Of a DNA stretch of 64,000 bases, positions 1 to 11,824 are shown one piece after another. Position 1 is the stretch's first letter. The number at the start of each line of letters is the position of its first letter. The notes under the pieces were generated by a model. It was not told the DNA's origin and did not search any database. It saw only the letters and a list, made by a program, of their open reading frames with translations. This DNA is from an uncultured Actinomycetota bacterium. GTDB lineage: Bacteria; Actinomycetota; Actinomycetes; S36-B12. The stretch covers positions 980,235-1,044,234 of the forward strand of contig CAVVOF010000003.1 in assembly GCA_963749905.1 (NCBI GenBank), written 5' to 3'. The position numbers and the translations under genes were made by a program.

Positions 1-14
1 CGCCGGCCCTGTCG

Positions 15-881
15 CTACGTCCGTCCGGCCAGCCGGCCGAGGTACTCGCCGTACCCGCTCTTCATCAGCGGGGCGGCCAGTGCTGCCAGATCCTCTGACG
101 TGATCCAGCCGTTGCGCCAGGCGATCTCCTCGACGCATCCGACCTTGGTCCCCGTCCGGTCCTCCATCACGCGGACGAACTCGCCGGCATCCTGCAGGGA
201 TCGGAACGTTCCCGTGTCGAGCCACGCGGTACCGCGCTCGAGGACCGTGACCGTCAGGGTGCCAGCCCGCAGGTAGTGGTCGTTGACCGACGTGATCTCG
301 AGCTCTCCCCTGGCGCTCGGCTTGATCGACTTGGCGACGTCCACGACCGTTTCGTCGTAGAAGTACAGACCGGGGATCGCGAAGTTGCTCCGGGGATCGG
401 CGGGCTTCTCCTCGACCGACAGGACCATCCCGCTCTCGTCGAACTCGACGACGCCGTACTCGCGCGGATTGGCGACCTCGTAGGCGAACACGTGGGCGCC
501 CACCTGGTTCGTCAGCTCGCCCAGGTGGCGCCCGAGACGAGGCCCGTAGAACAGGTTGTCGCCGAGGATGAGTGCCGCCTGGTCGCCGGCGAGGAAGTCC
601 TCCGCGATGAGGAACGCCTGAGCGAGACCCTCGGGCTTCGGCTGCACGGCGTAGCGGATCGACATTCCCCAGGGGGAACCATCGCCGAGCAGGCGGGAGA
701 AGGACTCCGAGTCCTCGGGAGTGGTGATGATCAGGACGTCACGAAGCCCGGCGGCCATGAGGGTGGCCAGCGGGTAGTGGATCATCGGCTTGTCGTAGAC
801 GGGCAGCAGTTGCTTGCTCACGCCCTTGGTTATCGGCCACAGCCGACTGCCGGTGCCGCCGGCCAGGATGATCCCCTTCAT
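15..881 (-). CDS. rfbA: Glucose-1-phosphate thymidylyltransferase (RmlA/RfbA)
   Basis: Motifs MKGIILAGGTGSRLWPITKGVSKQLLPVYDKPMIHYPL, QPKPEGLAQAF, SARGELEIT and WLDTGT; intact. ATG at 881 with TAGCGT -10 box 7 nt upstream. Confidence 0.97.
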   Translation of the reverse strand: MKGIILAGGTGSRLWPITKGVSKQLLPVYDKPMIHYPLATLMAAGLRDVLIITTPEDSESFSRLLGDGSPWGMSIRYAVQPKPEGLAQAFLIAEDFLAGDQAALILGDNLFYGPRLGRHLGELTNQVGAHVFAYEVANPREYGVVEFDESGMVLSVEEKPADPRSNFAIPGLYFYDETVVDVAKSIKPSARGELEITSVNDHYLRAGTLTVTVLERGTAWLDTGTFRSLQDAGEFVRVMEDRTGTKVGCVEEIAWRNGWITSEDLAALAAPLMKSGYGEYLGRLAGRT

Positions 882-891
882 TCGGGGAACG

Positions 892-1756
892 CTACCGGGT
901 GCGATGGGGAAGGACGCCCCGGATGCTCGCCTTCGCCTTCGCCCAGCGGTCGTCTTCAACCGTGACCGCCAGGCCGGTCTGCACAGCGACGCGGCGGAGC
1001 GTGCGCACTGCGTGGCTGGGGGACTGGGCGAACTCGCCTGGGAACAGTCGGAGCCGATTGCGGACGATCGTCGTGCGCCGCTCGGGGGAGTGCCCGCTGG
1101 CCAGGACGTCCCGCCCGAGCAGCCGCACCTGTCGCCCTGCTCCGATGCGGTGGCCGACGGCGATGTCAGGCGCCACGACAATGCGCAGTCCGGCGGAGCG
1201 CAGGGCGAGGCAGGCGGCGGCGTCGACGGCGTCGATGCCCAGGCTCTCGTCGAAGCCGCCAAGCGCGAGGAGCGGGTCGACGGCCCAGAGCGTGCCGGTC
1301 TGGATGACCTCCTCGGTCACTGGAAAGCCGTTGATCTCGTGGAGCGGATACCCGAGCTGCACCGCTGGCGTCGTCGATACGACCGGCCGCCACCGCGCCC
1401 ACGACGCGATCTCCGAGGACGGCCGTGGCCGATGCAGCGGCGGACGTGATCATGTCGACGTACTCGCGGGGAAGCGCAGAGTCCTGGTCGACCGTCAGCA
1501 GCCAGTGCGCACCGACGTCGGCGGCGAAGCGGAGACCGTCATTGAGGCTGCGTGCGATGCCGGCGTTGCGGTGATGGCGCACCACGGGAACGCCGAGAGC
1601 CCTGACGTCGCAGAGCAGCCGGTCGCTCGTGCACGGGCTGGCATCGTCGGCCACCAGAGTCGGAATGCTGAGGCCGTGCAGAAGGTCGACGAGGGTGAGC
1701 AGTTCGGGCGCTGACGGGCGGTACACCGGCACGACCGCCGCCACGGTTGGGCTCAC
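892..1756 (-). CDS. GT2 glycosyltransferase, rhamnosyltransferase-like (one frameshift near 1350)
   Basis: VVPVY...VADDAS...RNAGIARSLNDG...LLTVDQDS, then VIQTGTLW...GGFDESLGIDAVD...HRIG in another frame. Confidence 0.85.
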
Positions 1757-1809
1757 GGCCGCAGTCTAGGCAGGCGGTAGGCTTGCCCGAGTTATCCACA
1801 GGAGGAACG

Positions 1810-2815
1810 TTGACTGAGGCGAAGCGTGCCCTGATCACCGGTGTGACGGGCCAGGACGGCTCGTACATGGCCCAGCAACTGCTGGACAAGGGCTACGAGG
1901 TGCACGGGGTGGTGCGTCGCTCGTCGACGTTCAACCGGTCCCGGATCGACCACCTGCACCACGACGAGCACATCCCTGGGAAGAACCTGCATCTGCACTA
2001 CGGGGACGTCACCGACGCCGCCCGCATGCACCAGCTGGTCTACGACATCCGGCCGCACGAGGTCTACAACCTCGCGGCGCAGTCGCATGTGCGGGTCTCC
2101 TTCGATGAGCCGCTGTACACGGCCGAGGCCACCGGCATCAGCACGCTCAACATGCTCGAGGCCATCCGCAGCATCGACACCTCCATCCGCTTCTATCAAG
2201 CGTCGACCTCGCGAGATGTTCGGCGCGGCACCGCCGCCGCAGAACGAGGAGACCGAGTTCTACCCACGCAGCCCCTACGGCGCAGCGAAGGTCTACTCGT
2301 ACTGGATCACGAAGAACTACCGCGAGGCCTATGACATGTTCGCGGTCAACGGGCAGCTCTTCAATCACGAGTCCCCGCGCCGCGGCGAGACGTTCGTGAC
2401 CCGCAAGATCACGCTCGCCGTCGCGAACATCGCCAAGGGCAACCAGTCCGAACTGTGGATGGGCAACCTCGACTCGATCCGTGACTGGGGCTACGCCCCC
2501 GAGTACACCGATGGCATGTGGCGGATGCTGCAAGCGGACGTCCCCGAGGACTTCGTGCTCGCCACGGGCACCGCCTACACGATTCGTGACTTCCTCGGCT
2601 TCGCCTTCGAGCGCGCCGGCCTGAAGTGGGAGGACTACGTCAAGTTCGACCCCAAGTTCCTGCGTCCCACCGAGGTCGACGAGCTGATCGGCGATGCCGG
2701 AAAGGCCAAGGCCAAGCTGGGGTGGGAGGCCAAGGTGCTGCCGCCGGAGCTGGCGCAGATCATGGTCGACGCCGACATCGCCCGCCTCGAAGGTGCGCCC
2801 GAGGGACGGTTCTAG
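1810..2815 (+). CDS. gmd: GDP-mannose 4,6-dehydratase (frameshift near 2210)
   Basis: ALITGVTGQDGSY, VYNLAAQSHVRVSF, FYQASTS(E)MFG, PRSPYGAAK, NHESPRRGETFVTRKIT, RDWGYA. GGAGG RBS before TTG at 1810. Confidence 0.95.
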
Positions 2816-2824
2816 GTTCCGTCC

Positions 2825-3798
2825 GTGCGCGCCCTCGTCACCGGAGCAGCCGGCCAGGACGGCACGATCCTGTACCACCATGCTGTCCCGTGGGGGTGCA
2901 GCGGTCGTCGGGGTCGTCAAGCCCGGGACGGACACGACGCAGCTGCTGCGTTACGCGCCCAGCGCGGAGGTCGTCGAGTGCGACCTCTCTGACGTTGACG
3001 GACTGCGTGAGGTCGTGCGCCAGGCGGACCCGGACGAGGTCTACAACCTCGGTGGGTTCACGGCTCCCGGCGACTCCTGGGACCATCAGGACGAGGTCCG
3101 CCGCATCAACGTGGACGCGGTCGCCGGCCTCCTCGACGCTGCTGCCCACCTGAGCGGCGCCCGGCTCTTCCAGGCATCGTCCGCCTCGATCTTCGAGGGA
3201 GTCGATCGCTCGCCCCAGACGGAGCGGAGCGAACGGGCGCCGCGCACCCCCTACGCCGTCTCGAAGTCCGACGCGATGGATCTGGTGAACTCGGCGCGCG
3301 ATCGTGGCCAGTTCGCGGTCGCAGGAATCCTGTACAACCACGAGTCCCCGCTCCGGGGCGAGAACTTCGTCACCCGCCGCATCACGGTCGCGGTTGCCCG
3401 AATCGCTGCGGGCCTGCAGGACGTCGTGGAGCTGGGTGACCTCGACACGGCACGCGACTGGGGATGGGCTCCGGACTACGTCCGGGCCATGCAGCTGATG
3501 GTGCGTGCTGAGGTGCCGCACGACTACGTGCTGGCCACCGGCATCTCGCACCGACTGTCCTTCTTCCTTGGGAAAGCCTTTGCCGCCGCCGGGATCGCAG
3601 GACTGGCGCCCGCACGTGATCAGCACGAGCGATCGATCACGGCCCGTCGACACGAACATCCTCGTCGGCGACAGTCGGGCGGCCTACCTGGAGCTGGGCT
3701 GGAGGCACACCGTCGACTTCGACTCGATGGCCGGGATCATGGTCCGGCACGACATGGATCTGCTCGCCGATCCGGATGCGCTCTGGGAGATCCCGTGA
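2825..3798 (+). CDS. Gmd-like SDR paralog, possible GDP-4-keto-6-deoxymannose reductase (frameshifts near 2875 and 3600)
   Basis: MRALVTGAAGQDG, VYNLGG, QASSASIF, PRTPYAVSK, LYNHESPLRGENFVTRRIT, GDLDTARDWGWAPDYV. Confidence 0.85.
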
Positions 3799-6700
3799 CG
3801 GGAAGGAAGGTGTCCTACGCGCAGAACGCGGAGGACGTCCGTGTCTGGCGGGCCTTCCGGCATCTCGATCAGACGAAGTCTCACCTACGTGGACGTGGGT
3901 GCGAACGAGCCGCGGCACCTGTCGATAACCGCGAGCCTGTATGACCTGGGTTGGCGCGGACTGCTGGTCGAGGCCGACCCCGATCTCGCCGAGCAGCTGC
4001 GCATCCACCGCCCAGGCGACACGGTCGTCCAGATGGCGGCGGCATCCGGTCCGGGCGAGCTCGTCTTCCACCGAGTCCCAGGGACCGGCCTCGGCACCCT
4101 CGACGCGGCCGAGGCCGAGGCGGCCGGCGCACGCGGGTTCGACGTCGAGCAGGTGGTGGTGCCCACCGACTCCATCGACGCGATCATGGCACGCAACGGC
4201 GTGCGCGATGTTCACTTCATGTCGGTGGACGTCGAGGGCGCGGAATCCGTTGTGCTGCAAGGACTCTCACTCGAGTCACTCAGGCCGTGGGTGCTCTGCG
4301 TCGAGGCGGTCCTCCCGGGCACGACCACGCCGAGCCACGAGGAGTGGGAGCCACGTCTGCTCGATCGCGGGTACCGCTTCGTCGCCTTCGACGGTGTGAA
4401 CCGCTGGTATGTGGCAGAGGAGCACGCCGACCTCGCGGACGCGGTCGCGATCCCGTTCAACGCGGTGGATGCCGGAGCACACGGCTGGGTGGTGGCGGAT
4501 GAGGTGGTGGTCCGCGCCCGAGCCGATCGCGCCGCGGTGCGTCGGGCGTGGCAGCGGGAGCTGATCCTCAACGACATCCGTGGCGAGGTGCCGAAGGAGG
4601 AGTACGAGAAGCAGATCCACGAGCTGAGGTCCGCGCTGATCCAGGTGGAGGGATCGCGCACGTGGCGGTATGCCCGCAAGGTCGGCCGCGTGGGCAGGGG
4701 TGTCATCCATCGCGGACGAATGGCGCTGCAGCATCTCCCCGGTCCTGCACAGCGTGCCTTGGTGCGACGTCGGCACCTGCGGCACGTGACGGTCAACATG
4801 GGGCACCTGACCCATCCGGACCTGATGGCGGCTCCGCCGGTCGACGCCCTCGACTGGATCACCCCCGAGGGACTCCCCGCGGCGCCGGCTGCCGGTCTCG
4901 ACCTCCGCAGCTTCTCGGAGGAGGACGCTGCCGCAGTCCGAGCCTGGCTCGAGGATCCCCACGACAGCGATTCGATGCTCGAACGGCGCATCGACAACCA
5001 CGGCGACGAACTCGGCCGCGCCCGGGCCGCACTGCGGTTGCGACTGGCGCTCGCCGATCTGGCCGACAACGCGCCGTGGGCCGGGGGGAGCCTCGTGCTG
5101 GTCGATGCACGCGCGTTGCAGAGCGCCGCTTTCGGCACTCGGGGCATCGGCAGGTTCGCGCGGTCCGCGCTCCTTGCGGTCCGCGAGGCGGTGGGGGATG
5201 ACCGGGTCGTGCTGCTCGTCGACCGCGGCCTGGAGCAGCTGCCGGAGGACCTGGCCGGCAGCTGTCGTCAGGTCACCCGTGTCGACGGAGCGGGAGCTGC
5301 CCGCATACGGGGTTCTCGTCGAGCCCTCCCCGATGACAGCCAGCGCCCGACCACTGGTGCCGCTGCTGCACAGCACTGCCCACAAGATCGCGATCGTGTT
5401 CGACTTCATCCCCCTGCACCATCCGACCGTCTACCTCGGCAACGTCGCGGCGCGGGCTGAGTACGCGGCTGCCCTCGATGCCCTCAAGCTCTACGACGAG
5501 TTCGTGTGCATCTCCGACCTGGCCCGCAGCCGAGACGATCCGACTGCTGGGGCGCCCCGCGGACGGACCCGACGCCGTGAACACGACAGTCGCGTGGCCA
5601 CGAGACGTGCTGCCCGCCGCACCGTCAACTCCGGCGGGCCGCGCGGACGGCCCGATCGTGGTGATGACCGGCGACGACGCCCGCAAGAACACGTTCGGAG
5701 GCCTCGCCGGCGTGGCCGCCGCCACCGCTGGCGACGATGCCCGCGACGTCGTCGTCATCGGCATGGCCGGCACGGGTGACCGCGTGCACCACCTGTCCAT
5801 CGCCGCAGCGATGCGACCCGGAGAGGCGCGCACCGCTGAGCGACTCTCGGACGACGAGATGACCTCGCTTCTCGCGTCGGCGAGCGTCGTGGTCGTGCCG
5901 TCCTTCGACGAGGGGCTCTCCCTGCCGGTCATCGAGGCGTTGCGTGCGGGTGCTCCGGTCGTCGCGTCGGACATCCCGGCGCATCGCGAACTCATCGGTA
6001 CGGGATCCTTCCTGGCGGATCCACGAAGCCCTGCTTCTATCGCGAAGGCCGTGCGCGCCACCCGGGGTCGCTCCTCCGCGCGGGAGCGGCAGTTGGCCCG
6101 TCTGCGCCACCATCGGCACGAGGTACTCGAGGACGTACTCGCGGGCAGCGTTGCCGCGAGCCTGAAGGCCACCCGGGTCGACGTGCCGGCGCCGGTGGCC
6201 TTCTCGGGAGCCCGACCGCTGAGCGTGGGAGTGGGCGCTCCCTGGCCGCCGCAGCGCACAGGCATCGCCGACTTCACGGCGGCGACGATCACCGAACTGG
6301 CTCGGCTGTGCGACGTCACCGTCTACACGACGGCAGATGCGGACGTCGTCGGCAGCCAGTCCGACGGCGTGACCATCGGCCAGGGGCGTATCGACGACGT
6401 GATCGCGGGGGGACACGAGCACGACGTCTTCGTGTCGGTGATCGGCAACAGCCACTTCCACCTGCCGTTCATCGAGGTGCTGGAGTCCATCGACTCGGTC
6501 GCGCTTGCCCACGACACCCGCCTCGTCGAGCTGTACCTGGCCCTACGGGATCGCGGAGGCCTCGAGCAGGTCATGCTGCGTGGCAAGGGAAAGCGGACCC
6601 TCGATCCTCCGCTCGACGAGCAGATCGACGACATGCGGCTGCTGGAGAGCACCGCCCTGTGGGAGGTCGCACGGCGCGCCCAAGCGCTCGTCGGCCACAC

Positions 6701-7363
6701 GCCGACGGCCCGGGACTTCATCGCGAGGGACACCGGCGTCGACATGCGACTGCTCCCGTTCGCCAACTACCGGCATCCGGATGCGGACACGATCACCGCA
6801 CAGCTGCGTGCAGAGGCGCGCGACCGGCTGGGCTTCTCCAGCGATCGTGTCCACCTCGCCACCTTCGGCTTCATCGACACCCGGACGAAGCTCTCGGACG
6901 TGGTCGTCGAGGCCGCGGCGTGGCTGACCCAGTGGGGGCATCCGGTGAGCCTGCACCTGGTCGGCTCCGCGCCGGAGTCGCTCGCCGACGAGCTGCGCGA
7001 TCGGGCCGCGGAGGCCGGGATCGCCGAGTTCGAGATCACCGGGTTCGTCGGACGACGACCGGTTCAGGGACTACGTCCTCGGCATCGACCTCGGCGTCCA
7101 GCTGCGGGTCAGCCCGCTGCTCGGGGTGAGTGGCCCGCTGAGCGACATGGCCGCGTACGGCACGCCCGCCGGTCGCCAACCGCGGCATCTGCGCGGACGT
7201 CGACACCCCCGAGTTCATCGACCGGCTGCCGGACGATGTCAGCCCGGTGCTGGTGGCGGAGGCGATCGAGCGCCGGCTGGCGAACCCGTGGCCGGCTGAC
7301 GAGATCGAGGTGATGCGGCGCGACTACCTGGACCGCAAGTCCCCCGCCCGCTACGCGCGCTGA
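3795..7363 (+). CDS. Multidomain FkbM-family methyltransferase, helical linker and two GT4 glycosyltransferase modules (~1190 aa, several frameshifts)
   Basis: SYAQNAED...YVDVGANEP...VDVEGAE...FDGVNRWYV (FkbM) runs without a stop into VLVDARALQ...RGIGRF. Then VFDFIPL, PSFDEGLSLPVIEA, a second module PWPPQRTGIADF, HFHLPF, and GIDLGVQLR. Confidence 0.8.
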
Positions 7364-7421
7364 GCTGCACGCCCTCCTGTGGACATCGCCACGGGGGTGA
7401 GGGCGCAGTGACCCGCCACCC

Positions 7422-7491
7422 CTTCGTTGAGTGCGGAGTTGTTGACGTCGCAGCACCGTCCAAGGCCGCAACAACCCCGCACTCAACGAAG
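7422..7491. repeat. Intergenic inverted repeat with 23-bp arms and a 24-nt spacer (REP-like hairpin)
   Basis: CTTCGTTGAGTGCGGAGTTGTTG (7422-7444) and CAACAACCCCGCACTCAACGAAG (7469-7491) are complementary at 22 of 23 positions; no U-tract follows. Confidence 0.85.
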
Positions 7492-7513
7492 TGGGACGGG
7501 GGGTGACGGCCTG

Positions 7514-8657
7514 ATGCATGTCGGCATCGACATCGAGCAGTTCGTCCGCGACCCCTATGGCTCGGGCATCCAACGGGTGCTCCAGTACCTGGCCCTCGAG
7601 TGGCCGGCCGGCGACGTGCAGGCGGACTTCGTCGTACCCCTCGGCGGCGGCCACGGACTGCTCACGCCGGCTCAGGCCGGTGAGCTGCTGACCCTGCCCT
7701 TCCTGCCCCGCGCCCCAGACACCGACCTGCGCCAGCTCGTCGATGCCTGGCTCGCCGAGACTGCCCCCATCCGGGTGAAGGACGGCGACCTGCTGTCCAT
7801 CTACGACGCCTGGCTGCTCCCGGAGGTGTCCTACCTGCCAAGCGTGCTGCGCAGGTTCGAGCTGTTCGCGAGGTGCGTTCCCACGACGATGGTCGGCTAC
7901 GACACCCTGCCGATGATCGAGCCGGCCAACTACCGGTTCCGGCCGGGGGCCAGTGCCTGGGTCAGCGAGTACTTCCGGCAGCTGGCCACCGCCGACGCGG
8001 TCGTGTGCATCAGCGCCTACGCCCGCGACAGCATCCTCGGCCGCCTGCGGCGCGACCCGGCTATGGCCGATCACCGTCGCGCATCCCGGGGGCGACCACC
8101 TGCCGGTGCTGGCCCCGGACCCGCCGGACCGGCCCGTCTTCGCCCGTCTGGGCACCCTGGAGGCCCGAAAGCGCCCGGTCGAGATCGCCGAGGCCTTCCG
8201 CGAGGCCGTGGACGCTACGGGCCTGCAGGCGGAACTGGTGTTCATCGGGGGTGCGTCCGCGTCCGATGAGGGGATCAACCGGGCAATACGGACACAAGTG
8301 GACCTCGGCGGCGTGCGCTGGGTGCAGGGAGCGTCCGACACCGAGGTGCGCGACCTCATCCACGGATCGAGTGCCTTCCTGTCCATCGGGGTGGAGGGCT
8401 ACGGGATCCCGGTTCTCGAGGCCATCCGGCTGGGCACGCCGGTCCTCTTCGACGGAGTGCAGCCGGCCGGGGAGCTGATGGCGGGCCGCGGCGCGCGCCG
8501 TATCCGCGCGATGACGCACGACGAGTTGGTGGCGGAGTTCGGGGCCTGGAGCCAGCCGGACTTGCTCGCCACCCTGCGGGAGGAGCTCGACCCGGCGGCG
8601 GTGCCCACCTGGGCGGACTTCGCCGCGGGGGTGGCGGAGGCGGTCGCGTCCGCATGA
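7514..8657 (+). CDS. GT4 glycosyltransferase (frameshift near 8070)
   Basis: MHVGIDIEQFVRDPYGSGIQRV, VGYDTLP, LGTLEARK, EGYGIPVLEA. Confidence 0.85.
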
Positions 8658-8881
8658 GCCCGGGCGTCAGCCAGCTGCCGACCCTCGTCTGCTGGGCCAA
8701 TCCGCAGCACTCCGCCTCGGGATCCGACGTAGGCCTGTTGGACATCCGGGTCTCGCCCGCATGGATCGGCGAGACGGGGATGCCGTTGCCGCTCACTACA
8801 CTGATCGTGGCCATCGCCACCGCCGCCGTCGTCCTGGGAGTCCTCGTGCAGAACCGCCGCACCCGCCGGGCGCTGGCGTGA
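8654..8881 (+). CDS. Small 75-aa hypothetical protein with one C-terminal TM helix
   Basis: ATGA overlap with the upstream gene and GTGA overlap with the downstream gene. Hydrophobic LTTLIVAIATAAVVLGVLV followed by basic RRTRR. Confidence 0.5.
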   Translation: MSPGVSQLPTLVCWANPQHSASGSDVGLLDIRVSPAWIGETGMPLPLTTLIVAIATAAVVLGVLVQNRRTRRALA

Positions 8882-9597
8882 ACCGGGCTCTCGTCGCGAT
8901 CCCCGCATGGAACGAGCAGGGCTCGATCGCGGACGTCATCGCCAAGGTCAGGGAGCATCGTCCGGACGCGGACGTCCTCGTCGTCGACGACGGCTCCTCT
9001 GACGAGACTGCGGCCCGGGCCGAGGCGGCCGGGGCGACGGTGGTGTCGCTGCCGTTCAACGTCGGCGTCGGCGGAGCGATGCGGACGGCGTTCCTGTACG
9101 CCAAGCGGCACGGATACCAGGCGCTCGTCCAGGTGGATGCCGACGGACAGCACGACCCGGCTGACCTCGACCGACTGCTCGACGGGCTGGCCGATGCCGA
9201 CGTCGTGGTGGGCACCCGCTTCCATCCGGACTCGATGTACTTCGTCGGCGGCCCCCGCCGCTGGGCGATGGTGCTGCTGTCGAAGTCGCTCAGTCGCATG
9301 AACGGCAAGCCGATCTCGGACCCGACGTCCGGCTTCCGATCCGCGGGCCCGCGGGCCATCGACCTGTTCGCCGTCGACTACCCCGCCGACTACCTCGGCG
9401 ACACGGTCGGCTCGCTGTCCATCGCCATCCGTCACGGGCTGGTGATCCACGAGACACCGGTGACGATGTACTTCCGGCAGACGGGCCGGCCCAGCAAGAA
9501 CGCTCTGTGGTCGGCGCTCTACCTCGGGCGCGCGACGCTGGCGATCATCGCGACCAGCCTGCAACGCGGCACTCATGTGCGAGGTGACGACTCATGA
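8878..9597 (+). CDS. DPM1-like GT2 polyprenyl-phosphate glycosyltransferase
   Basis: IPAWNEQGSI, VVDDGSSD, NVGVGGA, VQVDADGQHDP, SDPTSGFR. Confidence 0.9.
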   Translation: MNRALVAIPAWNEQGSIADVIAKVREHRPDADVLVVDDGSSDETAARAEAAGATVVSLPFNVGVGGAMRTAFLYAKRHGYQALVQVDADGQHDPADLDRLLDGLADADVVVGTRFHPDSMYFVGGPRRWAMVLLSKSLSRMNGKPISDPTSGFRSAGPRAIDLFAVDYPADYLGDTVGSLSIAIRHGLVIHETPVTMYFRQTGRPSKNALWSALYLGRATLAIIATSLQRGTHVRGDDS

Positions 9598-9950
9598 TCG
9601 CCAACGTCCTCGGCGCCATCGCGTCGATCATCGTCTTCGTCTTCGTGTTCTGGCTCATGCGTCGGGGCGTGCTCCGCGAGAAGTACGCCGTGCTCTGGCT
9701 GCTGTTCAGCGGCTTCGCGCTGTTCTTCTCGGTCGTCCCGGGCGCCCTGCAGTGGGTCAGCGACGCCCTCGGCGTCGAGACGCCGTCGAACCTGCTCTTC
9801 TTCGTCACCATCGTCCTGCTGATCCTGGTGTCGATCCAGGTCAGCTACGAGCTCAGCCGGCACGAGGCTCGCATCCGCAGGCTGGCGGAGGAGATCGCGC
9901 TGCTGGACCGACAGGTGAAGGACCTGAAGGAGCAGCGTGACGGTGAGTGA
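9594..9950 (+). CDS. DUF2304 family small membrane protein
   Basis: LREKYAVLWL, three TM segments, and a C-terminal coiled coil (EARIRRLAEEIALL); coupled to the upstream GT2. Confidence 0.85.
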   Translation: MIANVLGAIASIIVFVFVFWLMRRGVLREKYAVLWLLFSGFALFFSVVPGALQWVSDALGVETPSNLLFFVTIVLLILVSIQVSYELSRHEARIRRLAEEIALLDRQVKDLKEQRDGE

Positions 9951-10864
9951 GCCGGTGCTGGTGATGGCCTTCAACCGGCCGGACCACCTGGCCGTGCTCC
10001 TCCGGCGCCTGCGCGAGGTGCAGCCGGAGCGGCTCTACGTGGCGATCGACGGGGCTCGTACTGGTCGCGAGGGCGAACAGGAGCGGGTGCAGCAATGCCG
10101 CGACCTGGTGGCAACCGTCGACTGGCCCTGCGACGTGCACACGCTGTTCCAGGACTCGAATCTCGGTTGCGGCCTCGGGGTGAGCACCGCCATCTCCTGG
10201 TTCTTCGCCAACGAGGAGCGGGGCATCATCCTCGAGGACGACATCATCCCCGACCCTTCCTTCTTCCCCTACTGCGCGGAGTTGCTCGAGCGCTACGAGG
10301 ACGAATGAGCGGGTGTTCGCCATCACCGGCTGCAACTTCGTGCCCCCCGAGCACCAGTCGCGGCCCGGCGCTGCCGTACCGGTTCAGCCAGGTGCCGCAC
10401 ATCTGGGGCTGGGCGACGTGGCGGCGATCGTGGCGCCAGCACCAGCTCGACATCGCCGACTGGCGCGGGCACGCTCCCTCTGCACCGGCTCTGGAGCCGC
10501 GTCGGGCTACTCCGTCGCCGAGCACCGTCTACTGGACCAGCACCTTCGAGCTGCTCGCGCGCAAGGAAGTCGATACGTGGGACGGCCAGCTGGTGCTCGC
10601 AGCCATGGCTCGGGACCGCTGACGGCGACCAGCAACGTCAACCTCATCGAGAACATCGGCTTCGGCGACGTCGGCCACGCACACCGTCGAGGATCGAGAC
10701 GACCTGCAGCCGATCGGCGCAATGCGGTTCCCCCTCGCGGACGTCCCGGTCGAGCACGACGTGAAGGCGGACGCGTGGACGCGTCAGCACCACTTCCGGG
10801 CCACCTGGCGAGGCATGCTCGGGCAGGCCGATAGATTCCTGAGGCAGCGACGAGGGAGAGCATC

Positions 10865-10868
<4 letters not shown>
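9937..10868 (+). CDS. Nucleotide-diphospho-sugar transferase (GT-A fold, HlpA-like; frameshifts)
   Basis: [65 protein letters not shown]. Confidence 0.8.
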
Positions 10869-11815
<947 letters not shown>

Positions 11816-11824
11816 TCGCGCTCC

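Noticed and set aside
7422-7491. Inverted repeat as a CRISPR repeat, IS end or rho-independent terminator
   Set aside because: There is a single copy with no spacer array, no transposase or obvious target duplication, and no U-rich tail.
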